Origin: Enoplolaimus lenunculus
Taxonomy: Eukaryota
DNA length: 64,000 nucleotides
Assembly (NCBI GenBank): GCA_030248215.1
Contig: JASANG010004131.1
Coordinates: 186,001-250,000 of the forward strand
Reading direction: 5' to 3'
Part shown: one piece after another, positions 31,401 to 46,400 of the stretch
How the letters are laid out: the number at the start of each line of letters is the position of its first letter
Position numbering within the stretch: position 1 is the stretch's first letter
Made by a program: the position numbers and the translations under genes
Notes under the pieces: generated by a model
Databases searched by the model: none
The model's input: only the letters and a program-made list of their open reading frames with translations
What the model was told of the DNA's origin: nothing

Positions 31401-34400
31401 ACTTGAGTCTCTCAATTTTACGAAAACAATGAATATTGAGCACAAATTTAACCCAAGCACATAAACACTCGATACAATGTTAAGTGTTGTGTAAATCGGC
31501 GTTAAAGAATTCAAGTAGGAAGCGAAAAATGGTGACTGGGTCGTGGTCGAATTCCATAAATGCGACAAAAAATGGTCGCTAAGAAGATAGTAACACTTGA
31601 AAGTCATTACTGGAACCACAATTACAATTATAATTCATCGATCCGACTCAAACATAAAGGATCCAATCCGGAAACAAAACGATCCGATCGATACATTTTT
31701 GTCCTTCGGATTCGATCCACGTTTAAATAGCGGATCGGATCGGTCGCTACCGATTCGATGCAGATCACAAGTTGTGAGTGTTCAATTTTTCTGGCCAAAA
31801 ACTTGACATTAAAATTGTTGAGTTAGATTTGAACGCGTTTTTTTGGCATTTTTGGGTTACTATAGAGTCTGTAACAGGAATATATGGTTTCGTTTCTATA
31901 GAATTAAATTACAACCTTATTAAATAATACCTAGCGCTGAGTATGCTTTCGAAAACTGAAATAAGCTAAAATGATTACAATTTCAACACTAAGTGAATCA
32001 GGAGACGACGCCGAGTCCACACGAAGCAACATTGCGTTCGGAACATCTGTTGTGAATCCTAACGCAAGACTATCTTCAGTGGTGCTTGGAAGATTGCCAA
32101 CCGCATGCCGGAATACAATAACGCCTGTTTCTGGGCCAAATGTGAACGAAGTACTATCTGAAAAAATGATTAAAATAATATAAACCAAACCCAAATTTGT
32201 AATACTCAGTTTTAAATTGTTATTTTTTTAAACTAATTTTTTAATATTTTGAAACGCAAGGGAAAGCAAAATTAAACTCTGGATATCAATAGCGAAATTT
32301 AGCTGATTATTAACATTGCAACAAAACATTGCAACCTACCTCATCAAACAGATTTATATGGCGAGTCCATTTTGGAAATCATTTATTCAGTGTTAAACCG
32401 CCGATGGTAGTTCTTTACGAAGCTGTTATTAAGATAAATTAAGCCAAGTATTGTATAACCTTTTCCCACACGGCGGGTGCTGCGAGCAATTAGCATTCAA
32501 ATCCTAGGCTGAAATTACCTTGATCTCAGATGAAATTGTAAATGGTAATGATTAAGAAAAAAGTCAACATTTGTATTAATAAAACTGAAACGCCTCACAT
32601 GCGTATTTTCGGCAACAATCTAATTGAATTTTACAAACGTATGCAATTTCAATGTATTAATGAATTATATTAATATATAAAAGCTACAAGAATATTGCCA
32701 ACATTTTTACGGGAAGTATGTTGGCGTCTGTTTTGCAATTACGTTCACTAGTTATGATTCCATCTGAAGCATTTAGTGAGATTAGGCTCAGATATGAGTA
32801 TCATACTTTTATCACAGCGTTTTCCTGAGTACGTAGTCATACTACAGTCACATTCGATACCGTTCCATTGTTGAATGCACAACCCGTTTTTGGCACAACT
32901 TTGTGGAGCACACTCTACCGTAGGCCCTGAAAATGTTTTTAGGCCAGCAAAATCAAGTGAAACCATTTTCAGATAATATTTTTCTCGAATAACTATAGTC
33001 ACAAAACTGCTCTGTGACAAGCGTTAGGGGTAGGGTTAACAGAAAAAAGTATTACGGCAGGGTTAACGCGTGACAAATTTAAAATCAGTAACACGTTAGT
33101 CGTATTTTATGACACATTTTGTGGCAAGGGTAAATTTGATATTGTGAACGCCGTACAAATAAAACAGCGCATATAATGTATATCGAAGTCTTGCTACCAA
33201 ACGAGATTCGATATTTCAACCGGTCGCTTGAAAACGTATCAAAGCCAATAAAATGAGCGTGCATATTTTTGCAAGTCAAGAGTCAACGCATGTGCAAAAC
33301 AAGGTATATACTTCTCTGCTTCTACCCACGCTGATGTTAATTCGATAGATAAACGACGCCTATATTTGGTGATAATATCGCTCCTATATCGAAATCTAAG
33401 TATTAGCCTAAATCTAAGCCTAAGCTATTTTACTAGTTTAGTCTATTACTCGTATGAGAGGATATTTGGCGCGGAGAGAAACCAAGTATTTTATGAACAA
33501 AAATATGTTATGACTTACCCTCACAACCCTGTTCAACACCGTCTTTCTGAGATGCTTGATTGAGCAACGACAATGGTGCGCTGTTGATTTCAAAAGACGC
33601 CAAACAGCCCCTATATCCAACCCGCGACCATAGAATTGCCGGAAGACTGTCAAATGTTACATTAGCATTATCAGACGGCAGGCCCCCTACGTATAGCGCT
33701 GATTTGCCCTTCGCAACGTTAAGCTGGCGATTGTGACCCGTAATACGCTTTCTAGCGATTCTTCCATCTACCAGAAGTGTTTGTCGGTATGACGATGTTT
33801 TTGTTGCTAATTGCGTTAATGACTTAGCTAATTTAACTAGCTTAACTGTGTGCCATTTTAAATCGTTTAATGGTTGCAAACTTGCGGGAGACCGGATATA
33901 ATCAGGACCGTCACCGAAATTAAACGCATACCTTAGGCGTCCTTTGTAGAGTTCAAGGGCGATAAAATCACGAGGAATCGCAGAACCGGCACTATAGAGT
34001 AAAAGACCGTCTGGTTCGAGAGTTCTAAATTGAAATTGTAGGTTTAAATCGGTATCTGGCGATGGTAAAACTTTAGAAGGCAACGCAGCGAACGCGGCTC
34101 GACTAGTGAAAGAAACAATATTGAATGGTTTGACCGGCGCCCAGTCTATCATAAAGACTTCACCGCTTTGTTCGAACGATGCACTGCTAATAGCACTACT
34201 ACCCCTGCGATCTGTGGGCGCAATTTTGTCACTGAAATCGCGTAAAGATGACTTAGCTACTCGCCCGCGGTTGGCTGGATGGCGTTCAGTTTGTTGTGCA
34301 GCTTCTGCGAATACATCAAGGCCGTTAAATATGAACACAGCCATACTGCCACGAAATGGAGCTGAGTAAACTTCGGCAATGTTTGAAGAATTTTTGTTCG

Positions 34401-37400
34401 ATTGTTGGGCAAGTTTACCGGTTGTGTATCGTTTTCGAGGGTCGGACCTGGATACAATTGGCTGACCTGCTGAGATAGTGTCGTATGAAAGCAACAGGAT
34501 GTGGTGAGTTTTGAATTGAACTGTAATTACAAAAGTTAAAATATTGAAATTGAGGCGTTTTGTGCGTCATCCACTTTTGGTTGCGCCCAGCATGTGGAAA
34601 TTGGAAACGTCAATTTCCCATTACTGTTTTCAAAAACTTGGGGCAGTGGCAAATTGAATTTTAAATTTGTGTCAATTTACCATTGCCTTCTAATTTATAA
34701 AATCGAGTAGAAAATTGATAAAATCAAATAAAGTCAATTTACCTCTAGTGATTTTAAAATTGATGGATATGGAAAACTGACCCATTTTCCAAGCTCAATA
34801 TCCACTTTAATATACTGCAAATTTTGAGGCAAGTGGTAAATTGAACTCATAACTTTAGTTTTTTCCAAATTGGCTCAAATTGTGACGTTTTTTAAACTCA
34901 GCCTATTTATAAACAATGGTTGTCTGACGTTGAATCAACTCGAGTGACGATCACATCAGAGTTACGTCATTTTTGACAAATGTTCCATTTCTCGTCTCCT
35001 AAACTTTTCATTTTTAGATACGGATGATATTTAGATGAGCTATATCGGTAAAAAATTTAAATTATTTAAATCAGCGTTAACCTGATACTGGCCGAAGCCC
35101 ATCAATCCAAACGGTAAGTTGATTGTGCTTCCTTCGAATTTTGGCACTATGCCACATATCGTCATTCAGTTCACTGCCGAATGCAAATTTCTAAAAATTC
35201 AATACGTCTGGTTTGTTAAAATTGTCAAAATCAAAACGAATACAATCGGGAACTGGACTATAAACAGAGAACGGTCCTGCAAGACTTCTGGGACTAAGAT
35301 GTTATTTGGAACGGTTTATCACTGCTTAATACGCAGTGATTGTTTTTGTTGCGATTATATTAACTGGTTTATTGTTCCTGCGTTTAATAAAGTCCACTCC
35401 GTGACTTATAGGTTTTGTCAACAGTTTGTTTCCACGAAACTTGCATTCCAAACATACCATAATCGGTGACCAACTATATAGCGTGCTCGGGGCTGAAGGT
35501 GGTTCTCGCAGAGAAACAGTGCGATGAATATGGATATTTTTCAAATTTTACAAATGTTATATTTCATTAATTTGAAAAATAAAAGATTTTTCAAGTTTTT
35601 AAACAAAAACGATGCTTTTAAGTGTCCAGATATTTTATCAGCTCGCCAAACCTCTCGTTTAGTGTGCGTCAAGGTAAATTTTAATTCAATTGCATTGCCC
35701 GTTCACAACAAACAGTCGAATCTTATATATAAAAACCGTTAATCGTGTGATACTTTGCTTGTCGTGTGGCACTGCTGGTGGAACATATTTTTTGTACAAC
35801 GCCGTGCTGCTCCAGACGGCTTCTGCGAGCAGTGGCATAAAAAAATTATCAAAAAGTATACCGCCTTCTGCAGGCTTGCGTTATACTTTACTGTGCCGCA
35901 CGCCGCTATGCGTTGCTAACAAAAATATAAAAAAATCTATTTGGTGTCGGTCGGCGGCGTGCGGCACGCAGCGAGTACTGGCGCAACCTTTAGTACGCAG
36001 CTAACAAAATCAGATTGCGAGTGTAGGCAAGTCGAAAAAACACTTGCATTTTGATATCGACCAAAATTGTACACAATTTCAACGACACCATCGACCAATT
36101 GAACTGTCAGTGTTTCGTTTCGTTTTGCTTTCGACGTCCCAAACAAATATCCCGACGATTCGCGAGTTCGAAATTTAATTTGGCACCATTCTGCAGCGGT
36201 GTGTTGTACACGAGCGGCAATTAAACGAACGTGTTGGCCTCCATCGAAGTGAACGACAAGTGGTGCTTAAAACGCGAAATTTGATCGCTCAAATTAAACT
36301 GCTATATTCAGTTCAAGGAAGTTCTGTAGCTAGAGTTAGGCCAAGAAGGCTCAGCTATCTAGAATAATTTTGATCCAATAAAATGGTTTAGCTCTGCTTG
36401 TAACCTTGTCTATTGCTATAGCACGCCGTTCTAAAAATGATTTTCGCTCCCCTGTAGCAGTAGGTTGAGCTGACTGATGGCCTGATTCACACATGCAAGT
36501 TTTTACAGACTGCAAAAAATAAGGAGTCAAATTGACTCTCTGGGAAATAGGCTTTTCCTGACTCGACAAACTGAGTCAAAATTCGACTCCGCCAGAGTCA
36601 AATTCGAGTCCTTGAATCACTCAGTGAGTCGAATTTCACTCAGTTTGTGAAGTCAGGAAAAGCCTATTTTTCACAGAGTCAATTTGACTCACCATTTTTT
36701 ACAGTGCACGAGGAACTTTGAGCTGTAATACGCTTGTACAAGTTGTTTCGGTTGAGATCCCTTTGAAAAAAACTTGCAGCTACAAAAACTTAACGAACCT
36801 GATATTTGCTTAATTATAAGCGCAAACTAATTCAAGAGCCTAAACCTACAATTCTGCTTCAAACGCTAATAAAGTAAACAAAAACAGCACTAAATAAAAC
36901 ACTAAACAATACCAAACCTTTGACACAAACCAAAATACGTTAGCTGACATTGTCTCTAAAGGTTAGTTTTCTACTCTTTAGGCAATGATCCATAGAAACT
37001 GTTCACTCTTACTTTGATCACAACTTGGACCACCAGGAAGACCGTTGCTACAGTCACACAAGTAGCGGTTCCATCCTTCGGTACACTGGCCTAAATTTTG
37101 ACACGGACTGCTTGGACAATAAGGATATGTTTCGAAGCAAGCCGGGATTACCTATAATTTCAATGAAAATACAATTATTATACTTGTGTAATACTTTTAT
37201 GAATAATTTTCAAAGCGTACGTCGGCTCTGAGTTCAATTTCTTTTCTCACGCTTGGCATACCGTTATCAAACAATAAGTAAAATGAAGTGTCTCCTTAAA
37301 AAACGGCAGGTTTCGTAAGTTTTCGAGTTGATCCACAATACTTTGCGTCCCAGGTAAACGTCTTACTTGTTTTACTTTAATAGCAAAAGCACCCTTATAC

Positions 37401-40400
37401 CATAATCGATGCTTACCAATTTTTATTGTTGTATACAATTTTTTCTGTACTCGCAGCGCACAAATGAAATCAACAGGTATTTGTGCAGTTTTCGTCACAA
37501 GCTAAACTGTAAAGCCTAAGCCGAAGCCTAATCGTCAAGTTTTAGTTACTGGAAATTTCGGTACAAAAAGTATACAACAATCGATTAAAAGTTTAATAAA
37601 ATGAGTTTTGTATCTGGGTCTGTAGCCCGTGGCAGGCAAGGCTCAGCAACGTGTTTGAGAATTTTGCTCACCCTCGAAAATTTTCAAACTTGCTTATAAG
37701 TCATCGAGAACCCTTGTATGCCCCTGCTGAAATTTTTTTAGCCCCTCTAGCAAGGTATGCTGGCTACGGGCGTCTCGTGTTTAGCGTATACAATTTAACA
37801 ACATACTTGAGCAGCATTATTATGAAACAGATATTCGTTAAAATTAACTTCCGCTTGTCCGTTGAGCGAAAACGCTGAAACGCATCCAACAAAGCCTTGT
37901 CGCGAATGTAGCGTCCAGACTTCTGGCGGAACTGCCGCCAGCAGCGCCGGATCACTCCAGTTAAAGCCGGCGAGGTATATTTTGTTTGCTGAAAATAATA
38001 AAAAAAAATATAAAAAAAGGTATACTGAAGTAAGAAATGGCTCATAAATGTGAAAGATCACAAGCAAACCGATCGTGTACAGTAATCCAAATTCTGGGTT
38101 TTGTTGTCGTTAAAGACTATATCCTGAGCCTAAACCTAACGATAACAATCAGTAGCGATCACATTAAAACATTGTTCTAATTCGAAATATGCCTTAGTAT
38201 TTAAGGATAGGAAATAAAAATATCAAAGTCAAAGATGGAATAGCGGTAGGTAGTTTTAATTTGTCGTAGTCGTAAGCCTAAGCCTAAACAAACTAAATTA
38301 ATAAGCAATCGAAATTAAAAGGTATTATTCTTGATAAGATTTTTATTATTCCGGATAAGATATTCTATATAAACAAAGTTAGGAATCATAAAAAACTCAA
38401 TATCACAGTATCGCAATGGGGATAGCAGTGGACATAGTTGAAAGTGTAAGCCTAAGCCTAAAAATCCTGGGCGGTACGGTAATTAATAGGAGCACATTTA
38501 CCGGTCTTAATGTGAATAGGGTTTTCTGTATATGGAAACGTCATTCCTTGCGTGCGATCAAGAGTGACATCAATCCCCTGAGGTGAAAAGGCGGTGTTTA
38601 GCGAATGCCAGTTATTATCGCAGACGGAATTATCAGAAATCTACAAAAAGAAAATTTTTTCATATTAAATATTTAATTATGACTGGGTTTCTGAAATCTT
38701 ACTAAAGTATTTATTGAAATATTGTCTAAGTTACTTACTAAAGAGAGCGGCTTAAGTAAATGCTTAACTTTTCGAACAAAAACAGATAAATACCAATTTT
38801 GCACCAGTACCAAATGAATGTAGCCACAATTCTTATTGATATATGAATGAAGTCATTTGAGATTATAATTTCAATTTGACCAAGGTAATTACGTCAGACT
38901 ACTAATATGTACCTATCAGTTATTCTTAAGTACGCTTGTACAAACAATTACGAAAAAACAAAACAACATACACCAACACTAAATAAAAAAAAACAACATA
39001 CTAACCCCACAACACATAAAATAGCTTAGTACAAAGTTATACTTAAGTAAGGTTTCTGAAACTTATACCATCTTTAGCACCAAACTAAGTTCTAAAGATA
39101 GTATAAGATTCAGAAACCTTACTTAAGTACGCTTGTAGAAACAATTTGGAAATAGCTTAGTACAAAGTTATACTTAAGTAAGGTTTCTGAAACTTATACC
39201 ATCTTTAGCACCAAACTAAGTTCTAAAGATAGTATAAGATTCAGTAACCTTACTTATAAGTACGCTTGTACAAACAATTTGGAAATAGCTTAGTATAAAG
39301 CTATACTTAAGTAAGGTTTCTGAAACTTATACCAATTTTAGCACCAAACTAAGTTCAATACAAGATAATATAAGATTCAGAAACCTTACTTAAGTACGCT
39401 TGTACAAACAATTACGAAATAGCTTAGCACAAAGTTATACTTAAGCAAGGTTTCTGAAACTTAATACCAATTTTAGCACCAAACTAAGTTCTAAAGATAG
39501 TATAAGATTCAGAAACCTTACTGAAGTACGCTTGTACAAACGATTGGGAAATAGCTTAACATAAAGTTATACTTAAGTAAGGTTTCTGAAACTTATACCA
39601 TCTTAGACAAAAGCACCAAACTAATCTAAAGATATAAAGATCAGAAATATAAAAAAGCTTAGAAAAATAAAAAAAGTATATAAAAATAATAAAAAAAATT
39701 AAATATAACAAATTTACAAAAAAAAAAAAAAAAAAGAAATTCTGAAATACAAACTACTGGTAGAACTTACAATGCAAAAAATGGTGAGTCAAATTGCCTC
39801 TCTCTCCGAAATACGCTCTACGGGACTACACAAACAAAGTGAAATTCGGCTCCACCCGAGTCAAATTCGGCATACTGAGCCGCACGTTTGAGTCTGGCGG
39901 AGTCGAATTGGACTCAGTTTGTGTAGTCCCGTAGAGCCTATTTCGGAAAAAGACTTAAGTAAGGTTTCTGAAACTTATACCATCTTTAGGACTTAGTTTG
40001 GTGCTAAAAAGTCTCACCTTATGTCGTGAAGCTTCCGCCGACTGACGCGTAATGAAATACAGGTGCTTTTCAAGCAGCTCAAACGCAAAAAAGACAGTGT
40101 CACCAGCGTCGTAAGGCCCGTTGTACCACAGCAGTCCTGATTGTTCAACAGTGCGAAATTTGAACGCTAAAAATAAAAATAAATATTTAGGCGTAAAAAC
40201 TAGAATTTACACCCGGACAACGCTTTCCGTGAGCTGGTATTCTAAAAAGAATCCCTGTGAATATACGCTAACAGCTTCAACTATTAAGCAAAAGTCTGAA
40301 CATTGTATAACTACATAATACGCTGTTATTTGTGCACTAATAACGCTAGTGTTTATTTTAGATTTTGACAATTTGCTGCTGGGTTATGCGTTTTCTGCGT

Positions 40401-43400
40401 CAACACGTATTTGTAAATATATATGAAAATGGAATGACTGCCGTCTCGTGTACCTCTGTATCTTTGATTTGTTCAAATTTTGATCGAACTTATGGCGTAT
40501 ACATACAAAGCGAGGACGGAATTGCAACAATATATCACATCATTCAAACTGGAAAATTTTGACAGATGGCAAAATTAAGCTTTAGACTAATTGTTTTTGC
40601 TTGTCTTAGGCTTAGGCTTGGTTTAGGCTTAGTAATATGCTAAAAATACTGTTCCGCCCGTGTTCTTTACATTGGCCCAGGATTTCGAATTACCTTATTT
40701 CAGCCTAAACAAACCAACATACACTTGAAAACAATTCAGTGGTGAAGTTTTGTTCAAAACTTACAGACTGAAAGTTTCGGCAGTTGATTCCAACTTGGCA
40801 CAACAAGAAACGACGTTGAGGTAGTAAACGTGATCGCTTTTGGTGCTTGCGATATCTGTCTGCATTGCTGAAGCGCAGTTGTGTTGCCAGATGCGCGAAC
40901 AAGTGACGTGGATTGTTTCAAATCTTTAAGAAAATCTAACGCTCGGCTGTCGGAACTGTAGCGAATCTAAAAATAAAAAACAAAACCGCTATAACCGTTT
41001 ATCTTTGGTAGAGTTACAACATTGACAAGTAAAATAACCCGGCCTTGGCACGAACGCGGACTTTTTACAGCGAAAACCAGAGCATGGAAAATTTCGGCGA
41101 AAATACCTAAAATAACACGGATTTTTTCGGGATCGAACCCGAATACAACAATAGATCTTTGTCAACTTACCAAGTTTACATTCGGAACTAAAAAGTGTGA
41201 AACGGTAGCAAGTAGATTTCAAACACAGAACTCCCGTCTACGTTTCACCTGCTATGTCGTTTATGTTTTTATTTTAAATTTTGCGTCAAACAAATATGTC
41301 ACCTGTATTATAACCGAGTTAACGGGCAGAAATAAAACTATTCTTAAAACTTAAAATAAAAGTGGCATTAAAATTTTAAAATTCCATAAAATACATAATC
41401 TTCATATTGAACTTTACCTGTTTAAGGCACCCAACAAACGGATTTGTTTCCAAATGAGCGAGCGGATGAAAATCCGGCGGCTTTCCACCGACAAATGCTC
41501 GAGTTGCTTTCAGAAACCGGTACGGACCAACATGATCCTCAGACGACGTCCAGGTATGATCTACTGTTAGGGTCAGCTGAAATATTCAAATAAATTATTA
41601 GACTATTAAAACTTTCCTGTGTACAGTAGATTCTGAATGCCAAATTACTGGTAGTTAAGATATTGAAACGCCCAATAGAGAACTTTACCTCGTTGGTAAT
41701 CTTGAAAAAGCGTTTCCAACATGTAATAATCGGATTACTATGAAGGACGAACCGTAGTATAAGCCAAACCTAATAACCCTCAGTGTAAGGATAAGCCTAT
41801 AAGTAAGTGTACGCCGTAGCCTAAGCAAAAAAATTAGTCTAAAGCTTAAGCTTACTGATTGTAGTCGCGCGAAAAAAATGGTTCGCCCCTGAAAGTTACA
41901 TGGGCCATGCAAATTAAGAAATATAGCTAAACTGTCTTACGGCAAAACCCAACGAAAAGCAAGCTTAAAACTAGAACAATTATTGTTGTTAAAGTTCCAA
42001 AAGTATTCACAATCAATCTTTAGGTCCATTTGTGTATGTAAATTCTTCAGTTTTTGAGCAAAATTAGAAAAGCCAATTTTGATGGAGTGCGCTGGAAATG
42101 CAGGTATCGGCTCTTATTCGCTCCAGACGACAGTATGGCGTAGCAATCCGCGTTGATCCCATGCAAACAACCAAATCAACCAATCATGATAGGTATTGTA
42201 ACGTATAGACCAGTGCATTAAAGCCGCAAGACACTTGGAGATATTTTTCCGAAAATGGTACAGTTCGCTCGGGCCCGTAGCCAGACGGCGGCCGAGGGAG
42301 CTGAGTCCTACGAAAGAACTTTGGCCTGCCATAGAAAATTTACAAGCTTGCTTGTAGGTCATCGAAAACCCGGGTATGTCCCTCCTGAAAATTTTTTAGC
42401 CCACCAAGTGAGGTGATCTGGCTACGGGCTTGAGTCCATTTCTGCGAACACTTTTTTTGTGGAAGAGTAATAAGATACGCTAACGCTATTTTAGAGTCTT
42501 GTACACTTTCCACTACACAGGTTTAAAGCTTAAGTCTTGTCTACGCAGTGGCGGATCCAGGATCTCAAAATGGGGAGGGGGGCAAATTTTCACAGGTAAT
42601 AAACTTACTTTTGACTCATACACAAAACACGAACTATTGTCACACAATTGCTGTAGAATTTTGGTCGAGATGCTGTTGGGGGGGGCCACGGCCGGGGTAG
42701 CCCCCCATGGATCCGCCATTGTGTCTACGCCTTTACCTAATCCTAGGCCTGAGCCTTAACGTTAAATGTGGCGAAAGTGCACAAGAGCCTTTTTCAGTAG
42801 AAGTACTTAGCGATAAAGAGCAAGCGACATCGAAAATTATTATACTGTTCGAAACTATACTGATGCCAATCAGAAGCTAATCACACGACACAATATGTCT
42901 AATATGTGTTTCATTTCACTGCATCTTACGTCTACCTTATAAAGTGAACGCTGACAATCCCGATATTCAGCGGATACATGTTTGTCGTAATTTAGAATTT
43001 GGAACAAGTCACATTTACAAATGCGATAAAACACAAATATCAATGACATGCATTAACAGTATTCTCAAACGATAATAGTAAATCTCGGCGGACAATGTTA
43101 TTTTGACGGGCGTAACAGTAGTATCAGCATATTTCTATGCTTAAACCTAAGCCTAAACCTCAGGTTACAGCATATAAAATTAAACCTCAGTGGGCATTAA
43201 ACGGTTACCAGAGCCTGTATTGTCAAATGTGTGGGCAGTGTCAGTCATCAGGTGATGAAACGTCTTGTACCTTTCGAATTAACGAATTGTAAGCGTCAAA
43301 ATAAAGATCTTTTATTCCATTGACATACTGTACTTCTGTGCAAATTTTGTGATCTCAAGTTGTAGCAGTTCAGTTTGACAACCTATCGCTATTTACTGAA

Positions 43401-46400
43401 GACAGGTGCTATATGCATTTGAGAATATAAGCTTATACTGTAGTTGCTTAAAAAGCTTCCTTCCAGGCTTTTAATTCTTAGCGCAGAAGGTCTAGACTTT
43501 GTCAACCCAAGTCTGACAAGCCAGACAAGGGATCTCGACGTCGCAATATTTTACTAAAAACTTTTGGCGTCGTTTGCTAACCGTGTAAAATTTCCGTGTT
43601 TTCCTCCTGGGGGCAGGGTTGCAACCCCCGTCAGCGGCGTCGGAAACACCGGGTACTATTATCGTTTAAGAACCTGATCATAGAAGACAATACAGCATTG
43701 TAGTGCGCAGCAATAAATTGTATACATGAACAACATAGGCACAATAGCATCTAACTTACACGCAGACTGAATACTTCATTCTGACGCTGAAATTTTCGAC
43801 GGCTTATTAAGTAGGGTCAGTTTGTGCTATCCGTTGTATATTACTTAGCTACGTTTTTTAAAAAATAAATTAAAATTTTAGTCAAATCATAGCTAGAAAT
43901 ATCTGCTGTATATTGTCTTCAAAGTTGAAACTGTGGCATGTTCCCAGTACCGTAGTAGCAGGCGAGGGTGAAAGGCCCGCTTTGCGATAGTCAAAATATT
44001 TTTCAAATTTTTTTTGTTTTAAATCTAATAAAGTGGGGACCCTCTTTAGGGTAGGCCCCCAAAATGGAGGTATGGAGGGTAACTGCTCCGGTCATGCATG
44101 ATACACCTGCACACAGTTAGATATACGAGAGGCTCTTGTAAACTTTCCTACAACAGGCTTTAACTTAGGCCTGGGTTCAAGAAGACGGCTACTTGAAAGT
44201 ATCAGGTTTATATGAAAGCCTTTGGCTAAGCCTTTACCTAAACCTAAGCGTGAGCCTAAACTTAAGCCAGAACTTTAAAAATATAATCAGAGACAAAGTG
44301 TACATGAGCCAATATCTGCACCTTTGTTTCTATAACAGGGAAAACTTGTAAAAAAAATTTCATTTCAAACATTCGCACAATTTCTGCAGTAAATTGGTCG
44401 ACCTTGTGCGTTCTCTATGACTTATCGTGACAGATATATTGCAAAAGCGATGCTGACATTATAGATAGATTATTACTTATGCTAGGAGACCGCATAAAAG
44501 CATGAGAATATGAAGCTGAAGCCAGCAAGAAAGAGTTGCGAACAATAATAGCGTTTAGCTGCGAAAAATGTTTTTAGGCGAAACTGAGATATTTGTCGAT
44601 ATTTGTCGCTGTGCTTTAAAAGTAACAATAAAGCTTATTCGGCATTTGAGGGAAAACTGCGTTATTTTTGCTTCCACTGTGGAAACTTAATTTTTTCACA
44701 GTTTTGAGCCCTACTCACACGTGCAAGTTTTTACTGCGAGCATTTACAGTTGCAAATTGCACGAAGAACTTGCTGGCGTACGCTTTTCAGTTTGGTTTTT
44801 AAACAAAACTTAACACTGCAAAGTGCAGCTGCAAGTTCTCGCAGCAAAACAGTGCACGTTTGAATATGGTTTTACTGCATAAAACAAATGAATGATTTTT
44901 GCTTAAAAACAATCATTACTAATTTACTCTTAGGTTTTAGTGTTTTGAGTTAGCCTAACCCCCTAGATAAAATGTAAGCACTTAACTTAAATTCTTTCGT
45001 ACCGAAGCCAAGAATGACGCTCAGAAATAGTAATTTTTGCGTTCAAAAACGAATTTCAAGGTTAATGAACACTGAGCGTTCAAATTTTGTACAAATCCTT
45101 GTGAAACTCAAGCTAACAGCGAGAAAAATTAAAGTATATAACTCTTATAATTTTCAAACGCTACGTTGAAATGAAATCTTTAACATTTTTTCATATACGT
45201 CAAACTTAACAAACTGAACTGTGATCATGGGCGCCGTCATAATATTTGTCAAGGGTACGCAAGCTGATCCTTTGAGTAAACCGTACAATAGGACGACAAT
45301 GTAACACCATTAATCGATATTTGTACTTTAGCCCCAGTAAAAATCGGAGACGGAACGATTTGCAACGGGACTGCAATAGTGCAAGCTTAAGCTTTAGACT
45401 AATTTTTACGCTTACGCTCAGACTTAGGCTTACGCATAAGCTCATTCTTACGCTTAGACTTTTTGGCTTAGGCTCAGGAATATGTTTATACTACTGTTAC
45501 GGCCCTGTTCTATACATTGACCGTACTCTATATAACGGCGTATATAAAAATTGCTTATTATTCCAATGGGCGTGTAACTGCATCCTCTTAATATACTTGC
45601 CTGCCGGCGCCCATGAATGTGGGTTTCAACTGAACTGTGTAGTAAAAGTGAGCGTAAAACTGATTGTAGTGCGAAAACGAAATAATTGCAAAATTGCAAA
45701 AACTTCACACAGGCTGCACTCACCCTTGTTAATCGCCTATGTAAATGTAAATAATGCCACTCGTTATTATGCAGTATCGTTGCTGCGTTGTTGACGTTTG
45801 AGCCGCCGGCCGTTTTTGAGTTGTCAGCAGGCACCTGAACTCTCAACCGGGTACCATCGATAAAAGATTCGGCAGTTAACAGACCATACTGAAGAGCAAC
45901 GTGGATGTAATTCTAAAATTTAAATTTAAAATAAGGCATAACTGAGGGTATTAACATTGAAGCGAAACATTTGTTCGTCACAACTCATTTCTGTCACATC
46001 ACAAATTTTAAGTCAAATGTCAAACTTAAGCTTGCCATTTGTTTTCCCTGCATCGAAAATTAAACCAACGAGTCTGTTTAAAATCTATGCGATCAGGGAC
46101 ATCAAAGCGGATACAAAAACGGAAGCGGCCACATACGCGTGGGCGCCGTAAATAATGGTTATTGAAACATCGCGAGCCAAGCGAGCGAGAAGTCAAATGC
46201 AATTTTATTAAACGTAGAAACCTTATACCATCTTTTCATAAAATTTACTTTTACATGTTTTAGCTCGTACGCAAAGTTTGTGGTTTCTGTTTTATTCGTT
46301 GCAATGGGTAGTTGTGATGCGTTACGAGTTACGACTCTTTCACGATATATCTCTAGTTTAACCAGTGATTTGTGCTACTTGCGTAGTGAATCCGTTTTGG

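Noticed and set aside
39018..39660. Regularly spaced palindromic repeats resembling a CRISPR array
   Set aside because: The spacers are near-identical rather than unique, the context is a eukaryotic intron, and there are no cas genes.
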